64,000 nt of DNA, from IMG/VR virus record IMGVR_UViG_3300025000_000008; one strand, given 5' to 3'. Below the pieces are notes generated by a model. That model was not told where the DNA came from. It saw only the letters and a list, made by a program, of their open reading frames with translations, and did no database searches. Shown here one piece after another: positions 37,844 to 47,559 of the stretch. The position numbers and the translations under genes were made by a program. This stretch comes from an uncultured virus (IMG/VR IMGVR_UViG_3300025000_000008). Taxonomy: Duplodnaviria > Heunggongvirae > Uroviricota > Caudoviricetes. How positions within the stretch are numbered: position 1 is the first letter of the stretch; each line of letters starts with the position of its first letter.

Positions 37844-38818
37844 TTAATCTTCAGGTATATACGGCAAAGCCACACAACGACATTGTGGATGAACCGGGAT
37901 TATATATTCAGCCTCTTCGATGCTGTATCTCTTTCCGTTCAATGGGGCGCAAATTGAACAAACCCGATCATCACCGGCAGTTAAATGTTCGGCTTGAATC
38001 TGGATACCCATAAGGCCAGCCGCTTTATACTCCCCGATATTGGCCGAGTGATGCGCCCGAATGACTTCAGTCCTGGCAAGTATTTCCGCCCTTCTCCTGG
38101 CCGGGATCTTCCTCCCAAGGGAATCAATTATCTCAAGGCTGGCTCCATCTCCGGTTATTGCTTTATCTAATAAGCGGGCTATCTCCCTCGGCCCCTTCCC
38201 GTCAGCAATCCCCATGGCCAATACATCAGAAACCGTACTCTCCATTTCGGCCGTAATACTTTTCAATGAAGTATAGGCCCTGGTATAAATCAATCCGACA
38301 CGATCAACATGGACTGGACCATTGAAAGAGACTTGGATTGGATCGGTTTCCAGCCCTTCACTTCCATCATCTATCTCGATCCCCTTACATTTCAATTCCT
38401 GCCGCGCCCTGCGGATACCCCGCTGGTATGCTGAATCAATGAAAGTTGATATCCAAGAGTCTCTGGCTTCGGTTGGATTGGTAAGAAGATTATCGAAAGT
38501 GATATTGATTCCGGTCCTTTTTCTCCTGCTGGATAACAAATATTCTTCAGATTTTCCCCGCAACCATTTAACGAATGCTTCAATCTTCTGGTCGCTTCGG
38601 GGAAAATCAAATTGCTTCGTTGAAAGCCCGGAGGCATTAAGAGAAAGCCGCTGTTGTTCTTGCGACAATGCCAATACATCAAGTTCAATAACCGCTTCCT
38701 TTATATCCGCCATAAGGCGACCGAAACGCGAACGTACTTCGGCGACAAAACGATTACGTATTGTGATTGTTTTAGTCGGGTCAATCGAATTGACTATGAA
38801 GTAGGTATTTACGGTCAT
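37844..38818 (-). CDS. Head morphogenesis protein (SPP1 gp7/Mu gpF-like)
   Basis: RAEILARTE, DDRVC.IC, IPVHPQCRC. Confidence 0.9.
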   Translation of the reverse strand: MTVNTYFIVNSIDPTKTITIRNRFVAEVRSRFGRLMADIKEAVIELDVLALSQEQQRLSLNASGLSTKQFDFPRSDQKIEAFVKWLRGKSEEYLLSSRRKRTGINITFDNLLTNPTEARDSWISTFIDSAYQRGIRRARQELKCKGIEIDDGSEGLETDPIQVSFNGPVHVDRVGLIYTRAYTSLKSITAEMESTVSDVLAMGIADGKGPREIARLLDKAITGDGASLEIIDSLGRKIPARRRAEILARTEVIRAHHSANIGEYKAAGLMGIQIQAEHLTAGDDRVCSICAPLNGKRYSIEEAEYIIPVHPQCRCVALPYIPED

Positions 38819-38868
38819 AAGCCTATCAAATAAATTTAGTATAATTTTTGACTGATAGTAATTTCTTA

Positions 38869-40629
38869 TCAATCACGTATCCGGCCGTTGCCTGGAATAC
38901 TGCGGAGTGCACCTGATGTGCGGAGGTTGCCATAGCGTTGTGGTCCGAAATATCCTTCCCTGATCCAGTCATTTACTGGTCCTGCCATAATTTCCTGGTC
39001 CCAGGAAAATCTGTCCTGTGCTCTAGCCATATTAATAAAATCAGTAATCGTAGCAGATTGCCCTATACTGTCCATGTATGTCTCTATCGACCTGGTGACG
39101 TCGAAAAACCCGGTAGGACCGTGAACAGAGGTGTCTCCAGTCGTAGCCTGCCACGTCTCAAAACTTACACCAACGCCAGATAACTGAAATAGGGAATTTT
39201 CGGCACGATTACTGTAATATTTATTCCAGCTGAACTCAATCCCGGCTGGCGACCTATCAGACTGTATCAGATATCCGGCGTTGTTTTCTGTATATAAAAT
39301 ATTGTCTGCAAATTGGGTATTATCTGTAACGCTGGTTTCTTTAATTTCTAATCCGTTAGAATATACTACGCCATAAACAATGTTATTCAAAATATTTACA
39401 TCTCTACTCACGCCGTTGAGCGTAATAAAAGAGGCGTCGGTGATAATTGGGTCTGAGTTTTTCAACATTAAATTTCCTGTTATTTCCCCACCATCCCAAT
39501 CAAACACGTCTATTCCCCACGCGATATCCTGCCCCGTCGAGTCGGACCCGCCGAGTTCGGTTATCACGTTATTTTTCAGCACAAAATTTACAAACCGTAA
39601 ATCATCAAAAACATTACCCCCTATAGAGAGTCCGACCTTTCCGTACACATATAAATTGTTTTCGACTGTTACATCATGCGAGGATAACCCCTCGTTGTTC
39701 TCGGAAAATTTGTGATGGATGGATGATGGTCGCGACGATATGTTTCCACTAAAAACTGAATCGTACATACTGGCGGTGTATAGATTATGATTGTATACCG
39801 TGGCTGTGCCGGGGGTCCCAGGAGCGGCTGTGTACCAGCCGTTGTGATCAAAAACATTTTCCTCAATTTCCGCAGAAATGTTATATAAATACAACCCTTG
39901 AGCGTGTTGGCCATCCCTGTAGTTATCGAGAAATACTGACCTCCTAACGGTCACACCGGTCAGGATTCCTCCTGTATCAGCCTGAATGGTGTTGTTGGAA
40001 AAAAATCTAAACCTGCACCCCTCAATCAATATTCCGCCACCTGTTGAAGCACCTCCTACAAAAATACTTACCCCGTTGCTATCATTATCCTCATTCACAT
40101 ACGATGGGGAGTCTGGATCACGTGCGGGGGCATAGAAAGACAACCCGAAAACAGCCCAGAACTGAGTGTTGCTACAACATTTTTGTATTGCTGTATGCCC
40201 ACTTGAGGCTCCGGTTTCGATAACTGGAGATAGTCCAGATGAGCCGTATGCCCCCAGGAGAAAAGGCTCAGTTAAACCGCGCCCGTTGCGAATTGAAGAA
40301 CCAATATCCTGCACAAAGGTTTCTCCGCGCTTGAATAAAATCCAGTCGGGGAAATTCGCTCGGGTTTTTGCGAACGCTACTGCGTATGTCTCGCATGGAA
40401 CAATGGGGCCAACCGGGTCAAAAGGGTCAGGGCCTATAACCTCATCGTCATCATCATAGGCGACGCATGTGGTATTATCGCCATCACTGGCAATATATAT
40501 TATCTTACTATCATCAGAGGGGGTGAAAACTGTCCATCCATCTGCATCCAGCGGGAGACCCGTCCCTTGGGCCCCAGATGAAAATATTGAAAATATTAAA
40601 AGAAGTAATAATATTAACAACCATCTCAT
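38869..40629 (-). CDS. Signal-peptide right-handed beta-helix protein (pectate-lyase/depolymerase-like)
   Basis: MRWLLILLLLLIFSIFSSGAQG; ILFKRGETF; repeated I..N.F/V.NN strands; HNGW, NHNLY. Confidence 0.8.
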   Translation of the reverse strand: MRWLLILLLLLIFSIFSSGAQGTGLPLDADGWTVFTPSDDSKIIYIASDGDNTTCVAYDDDDEVIGPDPFDPVGPIVPCETYAVAFAKTRANFPDWILFKRGETFVQDIGSSIRNGRGLTEPFLLGAYGSSGLSPVIETGASSGHTAIQKCCSNTQFWAVFGLSFYAPARDPDSPSYVNEDNDSNGVSIFVGGASTGGGILIEGCRFRFFSNNTIQADTGGILTGVTVRRSVFLDNYRDGQHAQGLYLYNISAEIEENVFDHNGWYTAAPGTPGTATVYNHNLYTASMYDSVFSGNISSRPSSIHHKFSENNEGLSSHDVTVENNLYVYGKVGLSIGGNVFDDLRFVNFVLKNNVITELGGSDSTGQDIAWGIDVFDWDGGEITGNLMLKNSDPIITDASFITLNGVSRDVNILNNIVYGVVYSNGLEIKETSVTDNTQFADNILYTENNAGYLIQSDRSPAGIEFSWNKYYSNRAENSLFQLSGVGVSFETWQATTGDTSVHGPTGFFDVTRSIETYMDSIGQSATITDFINMARAQDRFSWDQEIMAGPVNDWIREGYFGPQRYGNLRTSGALRSIPGNGRIRD

Positions 40630-41192
40630 GGGGCAACCTCAATTAGAATGTTATCCACGTAGATTATTCCGCCAGCCGCGTTGTAATCATTCTGGAAATC
40701 AATAGAATCATTGGAACTGTCTGATGTAAACTGCCCTGATATAGTGGCCCATGAGCCACATGTTGGTTTGCTGCGGTACACCTGTTGAAGCGTGAACGAC
40801 ACTCTAAGCCCCGTGCTTACACCCCCAGAACATGGTAAATAGCAATCAAATGAGTAGTTGTGGAGTGTGCTGGGGGCAAAGTTTGGAGGAGCTACGCGTG
40901 TAAACGCCCTGACCGTTGTTTCGGCATCAGCAACAAGCTTCAGCGAGCCTGTGGCTGAGAGAACGGTATCTCTAGCGTATGATTCCCACGCGTAAGGATT
41001 GGTTCCGTTATTCCATAATGCAGTTTGGTCAGTTCGAAAATCCTCACAGAAAAACGCTCCTGCGTGTGTGTCACAAAAATCACCTGCAGGAGCACTCGCC
41101 GTAACCCCAGCAACAAACCCAGGAGGGAATGCCCACGCCCGAGACGAGATAAAACAGAGCAGTATAGAGAGTGCAATGATAAATTTTCTCAT
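40626..41192 (-). CDS. Signal-peptide protein with a CBM/jelly-roll-like domain
   Basis: MRKFIIALSILLCFISSRAWA|FPPG; FCEDF; W.TISG.FT; IYVDNI. Confidence 0.7.
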   Translation of the reverse strand: MRKFIIALSILLCFISSRAWAFPPGFVAGVTASAPAGDFCDTHAGAFFCEDFRTDQTALWNNGTNPYAWESYARDTVLSATGSLKLVADAETTVRAFTRVAPPNFAPSTLHNYSFDCYLPCSGGVSTGLRVSFTLQQVYRSKPTCGSWATISGQFTSDSSNDSIDFQNDYNAAGGIIYVDNILIEVAP

Positions 41193-41193
41193 A

Positions 41194-42087
41194 TCAGTTC
41201 GCCGTCCCTCCATCAACACTCGCCGCTGTCTCAGAATAGACCGACCATGTATCATCAGCAGTACACATCAGCGTGACCTTGGTCCCCGCCGTTGCCGCCA
41301 TATCCAACTTATTGTTGGCTGTCAATGCCGTTCCTGCAAACAGGTTAAAGTGATCGCCGGAAGCTGGCACAACCTCAATCTTCTCAGCATCCCTCGCCCA
41401 CAGCATGACAAATGCGCCTACGCCTGCTGTCTCGCAATCCCACATAGTCACCTCGTCGGCTGTCGTCATCTGCACTATTGAGGCATTGTGGTCGGCAAAG
41501 GTCAGTGTCTGCGCTGCCGTGTAGGAGTTGATCAGCATCTTGCCCTGCACGGCACCGGATGTTTCTACGTTCTCCGTGTCAATGAGCGGCTGATAGCCTT
41601 CTTCAATCTGCTCATACGTAGGAGCAATTTTTTGTTTGTCGGCTGTCGGGGTGGTATCGCTGATAATCGGCCTGAGCGGAGTAGCTGTGCCTGTCCCGGA
41701 CCCTGCACCAGATGCGGTGAACTCTACCCCGATTGTATTTGCAGATGCCCCGATTGCGGTAAAGTCTGTGGTGCCTACCGAGGCAATCACATATGTGACC
41801 CCTGTTTCAAACGCTCCTGCGGTCTGCGTTGCGCCTGAGATGGTGAGGTCAGCGTAGCTGGCGGCGTTGAAGGCTATGTTTTCTTTCTTCGCAAAAACAG
41901 TCTCTAGCCATGTTTTAATGGTATTCAGCACTGCCCAATTATTTCCAGTGCCATCTGGATTTTCGAGGAAAACCTTTTCAGTGCCTGAAATGCTGGTGTC
42001 TTCATCGTCGGTTGTTTCCCAGCTCGCACCCATTGCTACATGAGCAGATAAAAGGATGGATAGCGCTACTACAAAAATTCTCTTCAT
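41194..42087 (-). CDS. Signal-peptide fibre-like protein
   Basis: MKRIFVVALSILLSAHVAMG|A; AGAFETGVTYVIASVGTTDFTAIGA virion-type motif; C-terminal beta domain. Confidence 0.7.
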   Translation of the reverse strand: MKRIFVVALSILLSAHVAMGASWETTDDEDTSISGTEKVFLENPDGTGNNWAVLNTIKTWLETVFAKKENIAFNAASYADLTISGATQTAGAFETGVTYVIASVGTTDFTAIGASANTIGVEFTASGAGSGTGTATPLRPIISDTTPTADKQKIAPTYEQIEEGYQPLIDTENVETSGAVQGKMLINSYTAAQTLTFADHNASIVQMTTADEVTMWDCETAGVGAFVMLWARDAEKIEVVPASGDHFNLFAGTALTANNKLDMAATAGTKVTLMCTADDTWSVYSETAASVDGGTAN

Positions 42088-42557
42088 GGGTTTACCTCTA
42101 TTGGTGATCCATCTGTTCGTAAAATGTTTGTTCCGTCAACTCGCTGCCAGTAGGTCAATGTCGGTGTGTACCGCCCTAAATAATTTTGGAGCTGGTTCGC
42201 TTTGGCTGCCATACTACCAGTGTAAATAACAAGCCCACCTCTCGTCGGGTGGAATCCAACCCAGACGTGCGTTTCATTGAACAGCGCATACCACTCAGCA
42301 CCTGACCGAACTATTGGCACACCAGCACTAAACAGCAGTCCGCCGAGGTCAGTATCTGCCTGCGTGGTAACGGCATCAACCGGGAATCCCCACGTTGCAT
42401 TAGGCAAATCTTCAATAGTGCCGGTTGTCAGGGTTATGCTTGATTCGCCGATACTATCAATCAAATCATTTTTGATAAAAGCCGCAAAAACCAGTCCGTC
42501 TTGGGGCAATCGAAGGCTATTCCTTCTGCTGATAGTTAAACCCAGCGACAAATCCAT
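42084..42557 (-). CDS. Putative minor head / fibre-anchor protein
   Basis: MDLSLGLTI N-terminus; ends WQRVDGTNILRTDGSPIEV. Confidence 0.55.
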   Translation of the reverse strand: MDLSLGLTISRRNSLRLPQDGLVFAAFIKNDLIDSIGESSITLTTGTIEDLPNATWGFPVDAVTTQADTDLGGLLFSAGVPIVRSGAEWYALFNETHVWVGFHPTRGGLVIYTGSMAAKANQLQNYLGRYTPTLTYWQRVDGTNILRTDGSPIEVNP

Positions 42558-42829
42558 TACATCACCGCGAGAACTACCGCTTCGGGGAATGTAAATGTTT
42601 GCCCGGCCCGGATTCCCATCACCTGCCCTTGCATTAAATTTACATACACATCCTCGGAATCGCCGGCACCAAGCGTAAAGGTAGTATCGGCAGAAGAAAA
42701 GAAAGCAACATCCCCTACTGAAGGTTCCCACTCAGTATATGCCGCAACCTCCACGATCTTCTTTGGGGCGAATACCGGAATCTTTTCCCGGATAATGATT
42801 TCATTTGGGGTATTGTAAGGATCAGGCAT
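42557..42829 (-). CDS. Small putative virion protein
   Basis: RBS GAGGG after the portal gene; beta-rich. Confidence 0.55.
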   Translation of the reverse strand: MPDPYNTPNEIIIREKIPVFAPKKIVEVAAYTEWEPSVGDVAFFSSADTTFTLGAGDSEDVYVNLMQGQVMGIRAGQTFTFPEAVVLAVM

Positions 42830-42840
42830 TAGTTTCCCTC

Positions 42841-44268
42841 TCAGGTATTTGTTTCGGTAACTTCATTCAGTTCATCATCGCCCTGGCCATCTGGGGTCGT
42901 CATAGTGGCCATAAGTTCGTCGATCATCAACATCATTCGTTCGACCTTCTGCTCGGGGAGTTCCATTACTTCAGCCAGGAATGCTTTCAACGGCATCTGC
43001 AACTGAGCATCCGGGGAGGTGAAGTATTTCGATAAAGCCTCAGCGCGAATCCTACCGGTCTCGGCTTTATCCTTATCGCTTGGGGCGGAAAGGTCTGGCC
43101 ATTCAATATCGTAGCCATTTGTAGGTCCCTGCAGGACTCCGAATTCAATCAGCCGATCTATCAGGGGGCGAAGGATCACCGGCTCGTTAAAATTCAAACG
43201 TCGGCCATCCATAAGATCATCCCAAGCCTCGGTGTCTTGGCTGCTGGAAAGTTCTCCACGCTCACTCCCTTCAAAGATTCTTTTGGGGATGCCGGTTGCA
43301 ATGGAAATCATTTTCAACTGGATATCAGCATGGGCGGTAGGATCAGCAATCGTCGGGGCAAGGGACTTAACATCGATCCCTTGGAGCTTGAGGTATCGTT
43401 CCAAGTTATGAACGTATTTTTTAATCTCATCCTCAAGGGCTTCTTTATCCAGTTCGACGTTTGCCTCCGGATCAGCCATGAAAGCCAGGCCGGGGAATGC
43501 GCCTTGCCAAAACATTTCAGCAGATCCACCAACGATCAACTCCATATTGAGTAGTCGATTAAATACCCGTTCGAGTCTCGGCATTCCAAATACATTGGAC
43601 TCAAGCAGTCCCTCAGCGATATGAATAATCCGGGTGTGATGGACTTGGGTTTCAGCCGTTGCTATTGATCCAGGGGTATTGGTGATCTTCAGACCATACA
43701 TTACCGGCAGGCCGAAACGAGGACTTGCTTTATCGGTTTCAAAAGTCTTGATCGGGGAATTATCTTCGCTGAATGGTTGGATGTACAGAAGTTCGGATGC
43801 CTTTGTAACCGGTTCCGCAAAAGTCTCAGCCCCATCATTGAACCCCAGAAGGAGAACCCCATATTTACCAATGCCGGTTACTTTATCCCCACGAATCAAG
43901 ATATTGTAAATGCCAAGTCGTGTCTGTAATGCTTCCCAGGCAAGTTTAAAAGTTTCGCTCTTTTCGTTTGCTTCCCTGATAATCGGGAGTCTTCGCCATG
44001 AAGCATCTACGGGCTTCTCAATGATCTTGGCGGCTATATCCTGCCGGCGGAATCTTTTGTAATAGTCCGAGTATTTGATTTTATCGAGATCAGGATAACC
44101 CAAGGCAACATCAACATCCCGCAAGCCATCAAAAGTCGTAGTATTGCCAGAAGTCAACCGGGAGGTCATGAGATTGGTGGTCAAAGCCCGGTAAAGGGAA
44201 ACCCGGCGGATCTGCTCGCTTTTCTCGGCATCTGATAGCAATTTATTTGTTGGCTTATTTCGTCTCAT
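42841..44268 (-). CDS. Portal protein (DUF1073/HI1409-like)
   Basis: R.DIAAKII..P.D.SWR, SPRFG.P..Y, VHHTRIIH, IP.RI..GSERGELSS.QD. Confidence 0.9.
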   Translation of the reverse strand: MRRNKPTNKLLSDAEKSEQIRRVSLYRALTTNLMTSRLTSGNTTTFDGLRDVDVALGYPDLDKIKYSDYYKRFRRQDIAAKIIEKPVDASWRRLPIIREANEKSETFKLAWEALQTRLGIYNILIRGDKVTGIGKYGVLLLGFNDGAETFAEPVTKASELLYIQPFSEDNSPIKTFETDKASPRFGLPVMYGLKITNTPGSIATAETQVHHTRIIHIAEGLLESNVFGMPRLERVFNRLLNMELIVGGSAEMFWQGAFPGLAFMADPEANVELDKEALEDEIKKYVHNLERYLKLQGIDVKSLAPTIADPTAHADIQLKMISIATGIPKRIFEGSERGELSSSQDTEAWDDLMDGRRLNFNEPVILRPLIDRLIEFGVLQGPTNGYDIEWPDLSAPSDKDKAETGRIRAEALSKYFTSPDAQLQMPLKAFLAEVMELPEQKVERMMLMIDELMATMTTPDGQGDDELNEVTETNT

Positions 44269-44271
44269 TTA

Positions 44272-44490
44272 TTACGACCATTTAAGGGCAGCACGAACAA
44301 AACAATCTTTCGCTTCCAGCAGCTTGCGAAGCCCCTCGGCCTTTTCCGGGCCATTGGGGAGTTCATCCATCATCTTATCAGCAAGTTCGGAAATGGGTTT
44401 TGCCACCACCTGTAAGGATGGGGATAAATGGTCGTATTCGAAGTATCGATATACCGGGAATAAATGGATTGCTGCCGGATTCTTTGCCAT
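44272..44490 (-). CDS. Small helical-hairpin protein (Acb2/Tad1-hairpin-like)
   Basis: YFEYDHL...LQ.V.KP..ELA......LP.GPEK..GLRKLLEAKDCFVRA. Confidence 0.55.
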   Translation of the reverse strand: MAKNPAAIHLFPVYRYFEYDHLSPSLQVVAKPISELADKMMDELPNGPEKAEGLRKLLEAKDCFVRAALKWS

Positions 44491-44492
44491 GT

Positions 44493-45893
44493 TTACCAAA
44501 CCCCTACTCTTTTTGTTGTATTCAGTTCATCAAAAGCATCTGCGGCCGCATCGATCTGATCCTTGAATTTGCCATCTGGGAAGTTCTCGGCCTCCAGTAG
44601 GAAGGCTTCGTTCCAAGGCCCTCGTACCAACTTTACATTGCCTGCTTGAGCCTGGCTTGATAGAGGTGTGGCCCTGACTTCTTTCGATCCAGTAACCGGC
44701 AATGCTCGAATAACAAACCCGGCCAACTCTTTAATAAAGGACTTTGCCTGGCTCTTGCCGGCCTGGCCGGGATCTTGAGGAAGCCTGATTGCCACCTTTT
44801 TACCATCCTGGGTGGCAATGTTCTTTATCCCCGATAATACTTTCGAGGCATCGGTCTGGAATCTGGAAACATCCTCAATGTAAAATACCCCGCCTACTTT
44901 CGCCATCTTGACCCCAGCGGTGAAGGCGGGGCCATCCTTCTCCTTCTTTGCCTTCCGGTCGTCAGAGTCGCGGTCAGTGCCTGCAAGATCCCATGCCCGC
45001 ACCCTTCGAGCGCCTGCCGGGATTGCTTCGACGGTTTCAAAGTCTGTTCGCTTGAAATAACTGCCGGCGGTGGGCCTGATATTCCAGTTGCCGTACTTTA
45101 ATTGTTCCTGCTCCACCCGGGGGAGGGCATTTAGTTTGGCTCGATACCCCGGGTCTTTCTGCAATAAGATTTGATTATCATCCAAAGTAGAGCGGATGAA
45201 GGTAAAACTCATGGGGAGGATTTCATCCCTGGAAGTTTCCTGGAATCTATCAATCAACTCCCGTTTCGTATCGCCCCAGAAAACCTCATCCCCGACGAGA
45301 ATAAACCAGCGGATAACGCCAGACCTTTCTGAGAGGACATAACCATCTGGGCCGATCCACCAGTCGATGAACTTCCTGACCCAACTATCCGGGTCTGGAT
45401 TGCATGCCCCGCGAATTTTGCCAGTGACTCCCGACATGCTTCTATTCCGAGAGAGCATGTAACTAAACTGTTTCCAAGTGAAGTGGCAGATTTCATCGAA
45501 TCCTATCCATGGTATTTGTGACCCTTGCCAATCGAACCTGTTCTTCTCGTATTCCATGTGGGCAAAAGAAACTTTCATGCCGGATGGAAACTCGCACATT
45601 AACGAAGGGGATTGTTTAGGAATCCCACCAATGGAGGTATAGAGTTCAAGAGAAGTATCCCACAATCCACCTTCTGAGGTAATTTGTTTGGTGGTCCTGC
45701 GGAATATGACTGCGCCGAATAGGGGGTTGTTGACATGATAAAGGGGATCGAGAAGAAGCGCGTATGTTTTACCGCCGCCTGCCGATCCCCCGTAAAAGAC
45801 GACATCGGCATCACAAGCAAGAAACTGAGTCTGCGGTCCAGGCTGAGGAGTAATCCGGATGAGTTCAGTTTCTTGTTGCAATGCTCGCCCCAT
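44493..45893 (-). CDS. terL: Terminase large subunit
   Basis: PQPGPQ, YGGSAGGGKT, IGFDE, CNP, RAWDLA, QDPGQAGK, DQIDA. Confidence 0.95.
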   Translation of the reverse strand: MGRALQQETELIRITPQPGPQTQFLACDADVVFYGGSAGGGKTYALLLDPLYHVNNPLFGAVIFRRTTKQITSEGGLWDTSLELYTSIGGIPKQSPSLMCEFPSGMKVSFAHMEYEKNRFDWQGSQIPWIGFDEICHFTWKQFSYMLSRNRSMSGVTGKIRGACNPDPDSWVRKFIDWWIGPDGYVLSERSGVIRWFILVGDEVFWGDTKRELIDRFQETSRDEILPMSFTFIRSTLDDNQILLQKDPGYRAKLNALPRVEQEQLKYGNWNIRPTAGSYFKRTDFETVEAIPAGARRVRAWDLAGTDRDSDDRKAKKEKDGPAFTAGVKMAKVGGVFYIEDVSRFQTDASKVLSGIKNIATQDGKKVAIRLPQDPGQAGKSQAKSFIKELAGFVIRALPVTGSKEVRATPLSSQAQAGNVKLVRGPWNEAFLLEAENFPDGKFKDQIDAAADAFDELNTTKRVGVW

Positions 45894-46618
45894 TATTCAA
45901 CCTCTACTTTTGGAGGTAAAACAACAACAGAAGCCAACTTCTCCCCGCCGGAGGTAATATCAATCTCCTGCTTGTCGTTCCATTGTTGATCTTTGGGGAG
46001 GGATTTTGTTCTGTTCCATAATACAAACTTGGCGGCGGATACATCAGCCGCAACATGTTTGATTTTCTTTTTCGTCAAAGCAAGTTCTTTTACCACAAAA
46101 CCATCTTCATCGAACAGATATTTTTTAGGGTTTTGAGGATCTTTTACAAGAACCGCCTCGTATTCTTTCTCTTCATACTCAAATCCGCATGCTCGATGAT
46201 ACATGCTTTTCACTATATTTGCATTGGCCAGATCACGGCCTTCATAGATTGCTTGTACGAACTTTGGATATTTGTTCTTCCATATCATCAAGCATTCCAG
46301 ACTGATTTCCAAATTCTCAGCCAATCTTGTATCAGCACAACCCAACAAACAAAACTTGAAAGCCAATGATGGATGGAGATCATTATCATAGGAAGAAGGG
46401 CGACCAATAGGATTCGGTCCAGATGATTGTTCATCTTCTATAGGGGGATTCATGGCTCTCATCTTGTTGTAGCTTTTCTTTCCCCTGTATTTTTTTTCAA
46501 TGGATTCAGTATACTTACCATCAGGAACGGCCTTGATGGTCCCTTTGCCGGCTGGTTTGAATTTCAGTCTCGGTTTGGTTACATTGGATGTCCCTCCTGG
46601 GGTGGTTTGTCGTACCAT
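45893..46618 (-). CDS. terS: Terminase small subunit
   Basis: GRPS.Y, CLLG..D..LA, WK.KYP.F, SMYHRACG, DV.AA.F.L.NR; coupled to terL. Confidence 0.85.
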   Translation of the reverse strand: MVRQTTPGGTSNVTKPRLKFKPAGKGTIKAVPDGKYTESIEKKYRGKKSYNKMRAMNPPIEDEQSSGPNPIGRPSSYDNDLHPSLAFKFCLLGCADTRLAENLEISLECLMIWKNKYPKFVQAIYEGRDLANANIVKSMYHRACGFEYEEKEYEAVLVKDPQNPKKYLFDEDGFVVKELALTKKKIKHVAADVSAAKFVLWNRTKSLPKDQQWNDKQEIDITSGGEKLASVVVLPPKVEVE

Positions 46619-46860
46619 GATCTTGTTTTTGTTCGGATGTTGTTTTGATTCTGTAGAAATTTGTTCTCGGTGGGACTGGAATTGTGTTCCTTATGCTTGA
46701 GATATATATGATTGTAGATTTAAGTTCAAGTTTAAAAGGAGCAAAAATATATTTCTTAATTACTTAATAAAAATTAGGACTTGAAGAATTAAGATATTTA
46801 TATTAGGATATTTGAATCAATTTCGTTCTATTCTATCGTCAAAATCAAAAGGAGAAAATA
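46619..46860. promoter_or_regulatory. AT-rich divergent control region between the late and early/replication arms
   Basis: Non-coding, very AT-rich, strand switch. Confidence 0.55.
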
Positions 46861-47409
46861 ATGAAGAAAAAACTTACCAGGCGGGAATTAAGGCGAGTTT
46901 TCAAATATGATCCGAAAACTGGAATCTTTACGAGAAAAGTAATAAAGAAAAAAGGACACAAAGGCCAAGGAGGAAGAACCAGAGTAATGGTTGCCACAGA
47001 AAATGGTTTTGAAGAACAAATAAGGTATGCAACATATTGTGTGAACGGCAAACAATATACCGGTCAAAGATTAGCATTCCTCTATATGGAAGGATATCTC
47101 CCTGAAAATGACGTTGATCATATCAATGGGATTAAAGATGATAATCGCTGGTGTAATTTAAGGGAAGTAAGTCGAGGTTGCAATCTGAGGAATAGCATAT
47201 CGAGAAAGCCGGGCAGAACGGGGGTAGTGGGGGTTGCGTGGGCCGAAAAGGCACAAAGATTTGTGGCCAGTCTCGCCAGCAAGCATATCGGTAGTTTTAA
47301 AACTCTCCCGGAAGCAGCCAAAGCAAGATGGGAAGCCGAAGTTGAAGCTGGTTGGCCGGGCTGTCAAACGACTTCTCCAGCCAAAAAATACCTAGATAGT
47401 CTTTTATAA
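46861..47409 (+). CDS. HNH homing endonuclease with AP2-like domain
   Basis: RLAFLYM.G.LP, VDHINGIKDDNRWCNLR, TGVVGV, HIGSF. Confidence 0.9.
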   Translation: MKKKLTRRELRRVFKYDPKTGIFTRKVIKKKGHKGQGGRTRVMVATENGFEEQIRYATYCVNGKQYTGQRLAFLYMEGYLPENDVDHINGIKDDNRWCNLREVSRGCNLRNSISRKPGRTGVVGVAWAEKAQRFVASLASKHIGSFKTLPEAAKARWEAEVEAGWPGCQTTSPAKKYLDSLL

Positions 47410-47559
47410 CAATAAGTTATGCATCTTTTTACTAATTTTCTACCTCCTTGTTTTTTATTAAGATCTTAATAACTTTTTCCTTGTCTTTTGAAAAAGGATT
47501 GGTTAAGATAAAATTGTAGGATAAAGATTGAGACAAAAATCCAACCAAAGGAGACCCCC

